This document shows, one piece after another, positions 16,691 through 28,600 of a stretch of 64,000 bases of DNA. The translations under genes and the position numbers were made by a program. The stretch comes from a virus, in the IMG/VR virus record IMGVR_UViG_3300034121_001409, positions 1-64,000 of that record; one strand, 5' to 3'. Below the pieces are notes generated by a model. The model worked only from the letters and a program-made list of their open reading frames with translations, did not search any database and was not told where the DNA came from. The stretch's first letter is position 1; the number at the start of each line of letters is the position of its first letter.

Positions 16691-19600
16691 TAGTTCTTTA
16701 TTCCAAATTCTTTACCAATATGCTTTATGATTTTATTACGAACCCTATCAACCTCTGCCTGTTTTTGCTCTAAAGTTTTCTTGGAGTTTTTATTGATGTC
16801 AGAAATTCCGGCTCCGTATTTTTTTGTCATTGACTCCCATACCATGTTTGATAATGCGTATTGCAAGTTTGGCTCAGAAGGCACTGATTTGCCATACTTC
16901 TTTTCATACATACTGATAACTTCTTTACGGATACCCTCATCCTTTAAAACTTTCTTAGCTACATCAGTTGATTTTCTCCAAATAGCCTCACTGTTAAGAT
17001 ATAAATTATTAGCCTGTACATAATCCCAATTCTTTTTGGCATCTTCACTCATGTTTACAAATCCGGCTATCATACGCAGGTTGTATAAACCACCCAATCC
17101 TAAGTCTTCTTCTTTGTACATCTGATTACCAAGAACATCAACCTTTGGTGGTCTGCTTCCAAGTTTAGCCATTACACTGTTATTCAAAACAAAGTTTTGG
17201 AATCCTGATAAATACTCAGAAGAACGTCTTTTTGTTTCCTGAGAGTTATCAAATAAGTTGCCTATATATTTATAGTAATTACTATTTGTTGGCAGAACCT
17301 GTGCCGGAGTCATCATCAGAGCAATAACTGCTTCTCTCTTTTTGTAATCATCGTTAGAGTTCAACGCATCCATAACCCTTTGGTATCCCACCATGTATCT
17401 TTGCTCTGCCATCCAATCTAAAGTTCCGGTCATCGCTGCACCGAATCCAACTTTGATTTTATCCTTAGATAATGCTTCAACTAATTCATTGTACTCATCG
17501 CTCTGTGTTGCATCTTTTCCTTTCTGTGCCTTTAGTTGCTGTTTTCTTGCAACCTTATTTGCTATATGACCAACAATAAACAAGTTAATACCAACAGGCA
17601 TATCTCGGTAATTAAATGAATGGTACTCTCCATCATCATCTTTATAAACAATAGATGTTGGATGATATGCGTCTCCTAAATTATCAGCAAGTTTTTTATC
17701 ATACCCACCCCAAATTTTAAATTTGTCATTATTGAACACAATACCCTTATCTTCATCGTCATCGTCATCATTTCCTTTAAACATCATACCCATCAATGTA
17801 GCGGTTAATGCCCATCCAATAGCTTGTCTTGCGAACCTATTGAAATGTTCATCGGAATCATAAACATACTCATCGCCCTGCGCTTTTTTAATCATCCCTT
17901 GTGCTGCAAAATCCATACCCTGAAACCCTAATCCTAAAATTGGATTATAATCTATCGCCATGCCTAATCCATGAGCAGGTATAGTTATTATAGGCATAAC
18001 TGTCATTCCTAAAAATTGACCTGCACTATAGAAAAATATCTGCGCTCTCTCAGATGTTGTTAATGTCGGCTTCTTAAGTATTTCATCTATTTGAGCTTGA
18101 CCAAAGTTTTTTAATTTACTTGAAGCAGAAATCATAATGTATGACAACAATCTATTGCTTCTGTGTAACAACATCGTCTCTGCTCTAAATGCAGCCAATC
18201 TACCCACATCTCCCAACTCCTCATACATTATCTCAGCCTTTCTTTTATTCTTGGTTAAATCACCTACAGTGACTCCGGTTGCTGCTAACGCTGCCATCTC
18301 TGCATCGAATCTATCTTGAACTCTTTTCTTAAACTCCGTTGTATTGCCAATCATCTCATCCAACTTATCCTTAAAGTCTACATCACTATGGTGAACACCT
18401 TGTTCTTTTAATGTTTTTAATGCAACCCTGTACACCTGATTGTGTGCAATCTTATCAGAGAAGAATCCATCCATAGCACCGAGTGAACGAGATGTTATTG
18501 TGTGACCCAACATGATATACTTCAATAAATTTCCAAGACCACCAAAATCCTTTTCAAATAAATGAGAATACAATCCTTTCTGCTGTCTGTATAGTTTTGA
18601 ATTTGTAGGCTCTGAAGATTTGATACTTTCCCATACAGTTTTTAATCTCTTGAAGAACCCATCTGACTCAATAGGATTTCCTTTCAATGATTCTTTTATA
18701 TTTATTCTTCCTTTTGCTGCATCCTGAAATCCCTGAAGCGTTATGCCTTCTAATGATGTTGCTGTAGCAGCAATGATATTTCTAAGCATAGTAGAAACAC
18801 TTCCGAGAATATGCGTATAAAACATCTCCTGTATAGTTGCAAAGAATGCCAAAGATTTTACGCCTTTATTTTTAGTAAGCAATGTGTTAAACTGAGCCAT
18901 TAAAACCTGTTTAACAGCACCCTGTGGTGTTGCCACTATAGCTTTAGCAAGATTCTGCAACTGAGTCATCAGTTGGCTGTTCATATGCGGTATACCCATT
19001 GCATCAAACACAGCAGAATACTTGGCTTTATTCTCCGGTGATAAATTACCAAACTTGAGAACATTATTTACCATTGCTTCTATTGGCGTAGTAGCTGCTG
19101 TAGGAATAATGCCGAGAATCTTCTCCTGTATCTTGCGCTCCTGATTTTTAAACACCTGCTCCGCTTTCTTTTCAACTCTTCTTTTTATATCCTTGAACAA
19201 TGCATCCGATATGGCTTTCGCTTCTGAATGAGTGAGACCTGTCTCTTTTATTATTCGCTGAACAAAATCAATAGCCTCTTTATTTACATCGCCAAAGTGA
19301 GATACTGCCAACTCTTTAATCTTCTCCTGTAATGCCTTTGGATTAGCTGCAAATCTTTCTCTCACAATACGTGATGCTTCACTATCTCTGAATGGTTTTC
19401 CTTTTGCAGAAGCTATGTATTCTTTCAGGTCTCTTTTCTTCTCATACTTTTCAGAGTCAGATAATGAACCATCATTATCAATCTGCTGCTCAACTACTGT
19501 GTATGCGTAATCCCACATACTGTCAGCCAAGTTATTGTTTCTTATTCTCCAAGCGATATCCTGTAGTAAGTTCTTACCATTAGGTTTTCTTGCCTTCTTG

Positions 19601-22600
19601 TTCTCTGATTTGTATTTGTCTATCAGAGCCTGAACCAACTTCTCCTCATTGGATTTTGCTTTTGGTGCAGAAGGATTCTCATGGTTTATAATTGCTTCAG
19701 CTAATCTGTCTTTTGGTGTAGCATCTTTCTTCGCCTCCGGCTCACTAAATTCTTTCGCCACAGTAGCTTCTACTTTAGCTTTGCCTCTGTCAGATAAATT
19801 TTGATACCAATCTGCTTCTCTCATTTTTTCCAATGCAGCAGCAAGACCATCTGCTATCTTTCCTGATATCTCTATTGCCTTAGCTCCTGCCTCTACAATA
19901 TCATCCCAAGATATTATTGCATTCTGAACAATATAGAACTGAATCTCATTTCCATTCTCATCAAATAACTTTGGTGGTTTTTTGCTTTTAAATTTCTTCC
20001 TGAATTTATCAGCCGTCTTCTTGGCTTCCTTCTCGTATGACTTCTTCTCCTTCTCTTTTTTGTCTGCCTTCTGAGAAGCCTCAGAATTGGCTTTTTTTGA
20101 CGTTTTATTTATAGCCGATGAAACATTGCTGTTCTTATCGTTAAACGCATCCTGAGCAGCCGCAGTAGCCTCGTTATTAATTTCTGACACAACCTCATCA
20201 AAGTTCTGCTCTGTAGTCTTGCCATTCTTCTCTGTGGAAGCCATTCTACTCTCCTGCTCTCTTGATACCTTATCAGTTAATCCTGTTAAAATACCTGCCA
20301 TTGGGTCGGTAGTTGCAGCAGCCATCTCAGTTCCTGATATTGTTAATCTTCCACTGTAAGCAGCCAACACTTTGTCTCTTAATTTACTGTTGCCTAAATT
20401 GTTTGCTAAAATCTGAAGCTTGTTTAATATTTTAATAGTCAGAAAACCTACAGGCTTCGCTCTCTCATCTCCTAACCTTGCAACCTCTTGTGCCACATTA
20501 CTTATATTGTCAAGTAAATCATTTACTGCTGCATATAAATCACCACCATTCTGAGCCATAGCTTCATTCACTATATCATTAGCCATCTTGTCTCCTTCCT
20601 CATGACTTACTACATCATTGAATACTTCTAAATCAGAAAACTCTGCAACATTAGCTCTTCTTGTGGTTCTACTTTGTGCTGTATCATTCGTTACCGGAAT
20701 TGTACTCCATCCAATAATATCGTACTTATCCTTTTCATTAACCGGAGGTGGTACATCTTCAAACATAGAGTCAATCTGCTCTTGAGAAAGACCTGCTTTT
20801 GATAGAGTATTCCTGATTGATTTCTCATCTATACCTTTATCCAACTGCAAGTCAACCCATATTTTAAATTTAGGGTCAACTCCTTGTGCAGAAAACTCAA
20901 CCTGCCTCATTTTTTTAAACGGAATACTATTAAGTTTTGCTGCTATTTTTTCAGGCAATCCTTTCTTTAAAATTTCCACTTCTTCTTTAGTTGGAATCTC
21001 ACTATATATACGGATTCTTTCTGCTATCTCGTATGCCTCATCAAATTTAGATTTGGATGATTTAAAGTTTGATATCTCTTCTGCAACAGAAGCTAATTTT
21101 TCTGCATTAAGAATTGCATCTTTCTCAGGATGTGGAATATTTTTAGTAGTAGCAGGTTTGCTTTTAACAGGAGCCATTTCAGGTTTCAAAGGAACGAGCG
21201 CATCTGCTCTTAATGCAGGAAGCTCAATCTTCTCTCCGGCTCTGCTATAATTCCATTCACCGATAGCCATCTCGTATCCATCCTTCTGTGCCAAACGAGC
21301 CATCTCCTTCTTTACCTTCTCATATCTAAACGGAGTGTACTCATCAACCTTCTTCTCTGCTCGTTGCTTATATCCATTAGGGTCTGTGTCCATTGGATAC
21401 ACCTTATCTTTTGGAACAACTACTTCGTATTTTTCACCTCCAACCATTTTTTCTCCATCGGTAGGTTTTGTATAGTAAGAAGCTACACCATACTGCAACC
21501 CCTTCTCATCTCTTGATGTTCTTGTTGAATTGAATTTTCTACTATCAATACCTTTCTGAATTGATTTCTCACTTGCATTGGATACATGGTAGAACACATA
21601 ACTTTTCCCATCTGCTGTTTGTGTAAGATGTGGTTCATAGTATGAATCCTTAATTAAGTTTCCTTGAGCCTGAAACTCTATCTCCTTAATACCCTTGCCC
21701 ATTGGTGCTACAACGGACTGCTTTGCAGACTCACTAAACTCCAAAGGCTTTTCGCCCTTTAATGTTTTTTTAGCGTTTAAAACCTCATACTTTTCTATGT
21801 ACTTTTGCTTTATATCACTTGTCATTAAATCATAAGCATTAATCTTCTTATCCGGAACGCCAACAACTTCTCCAAGTACGTCATAAGTGTATGTGCTATG
21901 CTTAGATTTACCACCAATGCCTGTGCTTTTTAAGACTATCATTATATCATTTAACCGGAAGTCGTTATCAGATAAAAACCCATCTCTAAGATTATTAATA
22001 TCTAATCCAAACCCCATCTGCCTTAGTAAATCAGCCTCCGGTGTAGTAAGTTTAGATTTTTCTATTAAGTGCAGAAGTATTAATTTTCTTTTTGAGTTAT
22101 CAGTTATAAATTCTCTAAAAGTGGTTGTGTTTTCAAAAATAAACTTTATATGACCCTTTGTGTATGACGAGTGTTTCTTAGGTTTACCATCTTTATCTAA
22201 ATCTTTCTTAGGGTCTTTTGCTTCTACATCTTTATTAAAATCAAGCCATGCATTTTTTAATTTATCAAAAGTAGATTTTCCTTTCAACTTTATTACTTCT
22301 TCATTTACTCCACCCTTGCCTGATTTGATAGTTAGCTCTTTTTTATTCCCTACTAATGCGTCTAATCTGTCATTAAACAACTCAGCGACTTGTTTATTAA
22401 ACAATTTACTATCAGATGGGCTTCCACTTATGATGAAAATATAATCCGAACCTTCTAATAACTTATTTAATTCCTTTAATTCAAGCCCTGATGCCCATAT
22501 AATTCCATTTTCTCTATTCTCAGGGTCTAATGCAAAACTTAATCCGGCATCTAAATAATGCTCACCATTCTTCACTTCATCGAAATACATTCCTCTTCCA

Positions 22601-25600
22601 AGTTGGTCTCCTACCCAAAAGAATACTTTCTGTTTATTTTCAGAAATTTCCTTTAACAAGGATTCAATATCTATGATATCTTCAGGTTTTACAAAAGACA
22701 ACTTATGACCCTCTTTTTTCACAACAACAGGAGTTGCTTTTTTTTCTTCCGAAGGAACCATAATATCAACAGGTGGAATTAAATTAAATTCTACATCCTG
22801 ATTAAATAAATCTTCAGGAGACTCAGCCATCATATCAATCCTATTACTCTCAGGGTCAAACGTTGTATTCGTTCCGTCTGCAAGTTTTATTTGGTTTGGC
22901 TCAAATACAACAAAGATATTACTTGATGGTGTTCTTAATACAGCAGAAGGGTCTAATGGGTCAATAAAATTATTAAACTGAATACCTTTGTTATCTTGCT
23001 TTCCTTCTTCAATCAAATCATCTACATAAGTATCGTTATCTAAATATGATTGTCCATCCATTTCTACAATGGTAGGGTTTCTTTCATTTAAGAACATCGG
23101 CAATATTTTATTACCGTATGTTTTTGCAACCTTTGGATTTGTTGTGAAATAAAAACCTTGATACCCGAATACTCTATTTTTAAACTCTGTAAAGTTTTCA
23201 TTCGTTCCATGATACACAACCAACGGTTCACCGTTTTCATCTACAACCTTACTTGCTTCTTTTGAAGTAATATTAGTAGTTGAAAGTTCCATGTATTTAT
23301 ATCCATTGTCATCTTCTGTAACTTTAAATCCAAATTTTGAAAAAAATACATCAGAGCCATTTCCTGTTTGTAGTCTTACTGTTGGTATATTAGATTCTTT
23401 TGCATCGTTAATTATTTTATTAATCAACTTTTTTCCATCACCCTTCTTCTTTGATTCAATATATCCTATTGACCAACTTTTATTATTCTTAGTTACATCT
23501 GCATAGCTATCTCCTAATGTGTATAAATCTTCTGTCCTGTCATTTAATTTCTCGCTTTCTATTTTTATGTCTTTAAATGCAGATACCGATTCCCAATCAC
23601 CAAACCAATTTTTAAACGCTTCTGTGCGTACAATACGCCACTGTGTTTCATCCAAGTTTGATTTCTTCCCATTAGGCGCAAGAAGGTTCCCTTCTTTATC
23701 TCTTACCAACTCAATACCTTTTGCCTGAAGATTCGCTTCCTGCATCACATTATCCACCTTGCTCTCCGGCATAAACTCACCCTTTCTTGCACTACCAAGA
23801 GTAGCAGAAACTAAATCAGCCATATTTAGCTTCATAATCTGCTCAGGTGTTAAACCCTTCAGTGATATACCAAACTTGTCAGCTATCCATCGTATTGCAG
23901 AAACTAAGGACTCTTTTAATTTCGCATAGAAATCAGGATTCAATTGCTCACTTCCGGCTCTTCCAACCATTGTTGTAATAGCCTCATCCATCATCCTTTT
24001 ATCGCTATACCCTTTGTAAGCAGGATTGTTTTTTACTTCATCCAAGAAGCCACCTTCTTTTGCTAATTGCTCTAATCTTTCTACAGCAGCCTTTGCCTGT
24101 GCATCGCCTTCCTGAGCCGCCATCTTCATCATATCAAGGAATGGATGGAAATGCTCATGTACTAAGCTCTCAGCGTTTAAAGTCTCTGAGTTGATATAAA
24201 TACTACCATCAGGGAAAACAGCTCCGTAAATGACTCCTTTTGGGGTTTGTATGTTTTTCGGATTACCAAACTCCTTCATCTTCTTATCGAAGGTCTCTCG
24301 GTCTGTAAATACCTTTCTTCCTTTGAATGCTTTGAAGCTACTCATAACTTCAACTAACCGATAGAACACATCTCTTGGTAAGATTTTAGAATTAGGTTTT
24401 TTACCTTCTAATGTTTCAGGTTTTTTTATTCCAACAAAATCCAACAGGTCATCTAACAGTGCATCTACTGTAGATTCTTTCTTTGGCTCCGGCTTAGGTT
24501 CCGGCTTTTTCTCAACCTTCATTGGCTCAGAAGGAATCAATGAAGCCTGTGGCTCTATTTGTTCTGATTTTAATTTGGCAGACTCCACAGCACCGTCATA
24601 ATCCTCTGTATACTCCCCTTGATATTTATCATACTTCTCAAACGTACCTGTTCTTTTTTCTATATCTTCCCTGCTTCCACCATCCCAATACATAACAACA
24701 ACATCCGGCTTGTCTTTTAATATTGAATTTTCCCAACCTTCTTCTGCCATGCTTTCATCAAACTTAATTCTTGCTATTGGCTTAAATCCAAATTTAGCAT
24801 AATAGGGTGGAAGGTATGTGTCGTAAGCATCTGTGTATCTCGCTCCAAGTTTTATAGCCATATTCAACAAAGGAGCCAATGTGTTCTGACCTTTAGGAAT
24901 ACTACTATGAGCAAATCCGCTTCCGCAATTTCCATCTGCTTCAACCATTATACCACTAAGACCATCTTTTGATACCAATAAATGCCCACCTTTTGCAATA
25001 ATGTCTGCATATTCTTTTACTGACTTAACATACACCTGTATTCCATCTTCACCTCTGCTTTCTTTTGCAGAACTTATTGCTTCATGAAATGCTTCAGCAT
25101 CATCAATCTCATACATTTCCTTGCCATCTAAAACAAATTTATTTACAGGCTTTACTTCTTTGCCGTTTATAGTAACAACATCTCCGTAACTATTATCCAT
25201 CGCCCAATCCGGAAGGAATCCTATTTTCTGCTCTGCAAATGGTCTTTTACTTGGCTCAAGATAACCTTCGTCACCCTTCTTTTTTATAGAGCCATCTTTA
25301 TTGCGCATATGATTGCCAAAGTTAACCCAAGAGTTCTGACCTCTTGTTGTTATAGTAAGGGCTTTCTGTGCCAATGGAGTGAACATACTCATATGCACCC
25401 TCCATGCATTCTCCTCTCCAATTGCACCAAACGCATTACCATATTCTGCATGACCAAATAAATCATGTACAGCTCTTATGAGTTCTACATTTGTCATTGG
25501 ATTGCCATTGATATCTTTATATCCGCTATCCTGTAGACCTATATTGCCTTCATCAAATTCCCTCGTTGTTCCAAATGATTCAGAAGATGGGTCAACCAAT

Positions 25601-28600
25601 ATTCTTTTATTGTTTTTAACATCCTCAATCATTTTCTTGCTATCACCATTATACCCCTCTCCTTCTTTTGCTAATTGGAATGAATAACCTGCTTTAATTA
25701 GTTCCTCTGCCTGTTTTTTTATTTCAGTTATTAACTCAGAAAACGCTTGTATAACCAATGGGTTATTAGGGTCATGTTTTGCTTCTTCATAAGCGTCAGC
25801 TATTCTTTTTGCGTCTTCTTCAGATACAGACAATATTAATCTCGGAGGATTATTTTTTATGTTGTTTAATTTCTTATACGCTCTACCTATTTTTGATATT
25901 ATAGAATTTACACCTCTTAGTATTTTATTTGGCTTTAAATTCTTTTTATCGTTTTCACTCTCGTCTTCTTTTTTATTTTTTTCTGAAGCCTTATATTTAT
26001 CAAGCATCTGCTTGTCCTGCATTTGAAAATACTTCGGGTCAAACTCACCATACCCATCATCTGTTCCTCTTTTCGTATCATACAATACTCCAACACCATC
26101 TACCATCTGTGGTACAGATTGTTGTTTTGTATCAGCAAGAAACTTCTCCATCTCAACATCCGTAAGTGGTCTTGATAACTCAATTGACAACGTAGGCTCT
26201 GCTCCTTCATAATCAGCCATCACTTCTGTAGAAGAGATAACCTTCACATCTTTTGGCAGCTTTGATAATATCTCTTCGTGAGACATTTTCTTCTGAGTTC
26301 TACCTTCCAATAAACCCACATTGATATGTGTTCCTTTTGGAGCCTTATCCACTTTTACCTCAACACCTTTAGATGATTTTTTATTTACATCGGCAGTGGC
26401 TCCTTCTGCCCCAACTTGTCCAACTCCATCAGTATCTTTTGGTACTGCTTTTTCAGCTCCTTGTTCTTTGGATTTGTCAGCAACCTCTGATACAGGCTTA
26501 TCAGTTTTTGTCTCAGTTCCTCTTGCATCTTTTTTCTCTTTTCGTTTTACCCTTTCGCTTTTTTGTCTTGGAATTTTTTCATCAGTTGCAACTGTTTCTT
26601 CTTTGGCAACTTCTTGAAGTTCTCCATCTTGTAAATCTTTTCTTGCTCCTTCATCTTCGTTGATGAACTGCTCGAACTCGTTTCTTGTGTCTTCATTTTC
26701 AAACTTTTTTAATTGTATCTGATAAGCCAAATCTTCGGCTGTATTTCCTCTGAATGTTCTTTTCTGCCCTTCCGGTGTATCAAGTGTTACTGAAACTATT
26801 TCTCCATTCTCATCGTAGTTTATTGCAGCAGAAGGGTCACTGTAGTTTTCAGCAGTGTACTCTTTCCCTCTTACTACAAAATTACCGGATTCATTTACAG
26901 TCACAACAGGCTCAATTGTTTCTATTCCATAAACACTCAACTCTTCAGCTCCAACTTCATCTATATTTCCAACCTCTCTTTCTAATCCGCTTTTTTCTAC
27001 AAACACAACCGTCTGACCATCTACTATCAATCTTCCTTCTTTCCCATCTAAACGTGCAGGTTTTTCAATTGCTTCATTTATTGTAACGTCAGGCACTTTC
27101 TCTTCAACAACAGGCTCCTCTGTTGGTTTTATTTCCGGCTCTTTATTTTTTACTTCTACCTGCTGAACGGATGGTTGTGCTATCTTATCAAGCTCGTTTT
27201 TAAATACACGCAAAACATCGCCTGTTTTATCATCTTTAATAATATACTCATCTCCGTCTTCTTCAAGAACACTGTAGCTGTTTCCTTTATAATCAACTTG
27301 AGTTCCAACCTTATTATCGTTTAATTTTTCTTGTTCATACAAAACAGTCTCTTCCGCTACAGGAACTCCCATTGATAAATCAGATAAAGTTTTGTTTATT
27401 TCTGTAAGCCTTGAGTTGTATTTTTCTTTTAACTCAGGTGCTTTTGACACCTTAGCTTCTATCGCTCCTTTTTCTTTAAGCAAACCTGCTAATATAGGAT
27501 GTAGTTTCTTTGGCACATCTGACTTCAGAGCTTTAAATTTTTCTTGAACTTTTTTCATTTGCTCTATCTCTGAATCATGTGTTTCTTCAGATATTATTCC
27601 AAGATTTTTCTTTTTTTCTAACCCCAACATCCATTCTAATGGGTTTTGTAATATCCCAAGTGTGGCGTTATTTGATTCTGAAGAACGCATTGTTTCTATG
27701 GCAGAAGGAAGAAAAACTGAACCTAATGTTATAATGGTACTCGCCAAGTTTTCTTTAGACAAAACATCCGTCTGTTCTAAATCTTCTCCATCTTTTGTTT
27801 TTGACTCCCCATAGGCATTAATTATATTCTGCAATATTGGCTCTGCAACATTTTCCTCTAATACTTCAGGGATTGCATTTGACGCTGTGTTTATTATTAG
27901 TTTTTTTGCTGCAAGATTTACTGATGTTTTATCTAATGCAGTAAAAGATTGTAGTGTTTTTTTTGAGAAACTTGTTATGTTTTTAAACATTTCTGCTTCC
28001 ATAGGGTTGGCAAGACTTATTAACGCCACCCCTGCGCTTGATATGGCTGCATATACTGCTGCATCATTCTTTGTGAAACCTTTATCAATTGCATCATCCA
28101 TTAATTCATTTTGCAATTGAGTCATAATAGCAAGTGATGTAAGTAACTTTTCGTTGTTTGCTAACTTTGTCAATTTAGATGCTTTTGTAATAGCACCCAA
28201 CCCTTTAAATGGTGCAGCTATAAGACCACCTTCTCCTATCATCACAAGCATATCTCCTACAACATTAGCTGTTTGATTAAACACCATTTCTCCGGACAAC
28301 CATTGTGTCTTTTTACTATACTCATCTTTTGCTGATGAATACTTCTTCGAAATAAAATCATACGCTATAGGATTATTAACAACATAATCATCTTTATCTC
28401 TTAAAGATATAGGATTGCCTTCTGAGTCTAAATAAAGTTTATACCCATCAATCTCTGTATAGCTTTGAGCCATTGACCTCTGCATATTGGTAGGTGTATT
28501 ATTCATAGCCTGAACCGCATCAACCCATTGGTCTGTGTTATTTGCCAATCTATCTGTCCAATTGTAATCCTGACTTCCGGCTAATCCACTCACAAATCTC

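Noticed and set aside
24481-24510. Short repeats encoding PEPKPEPK, and acidic or Ser runs elsewhere
   Set aside because: Low-complexity protein linkers, not DNA-level elements
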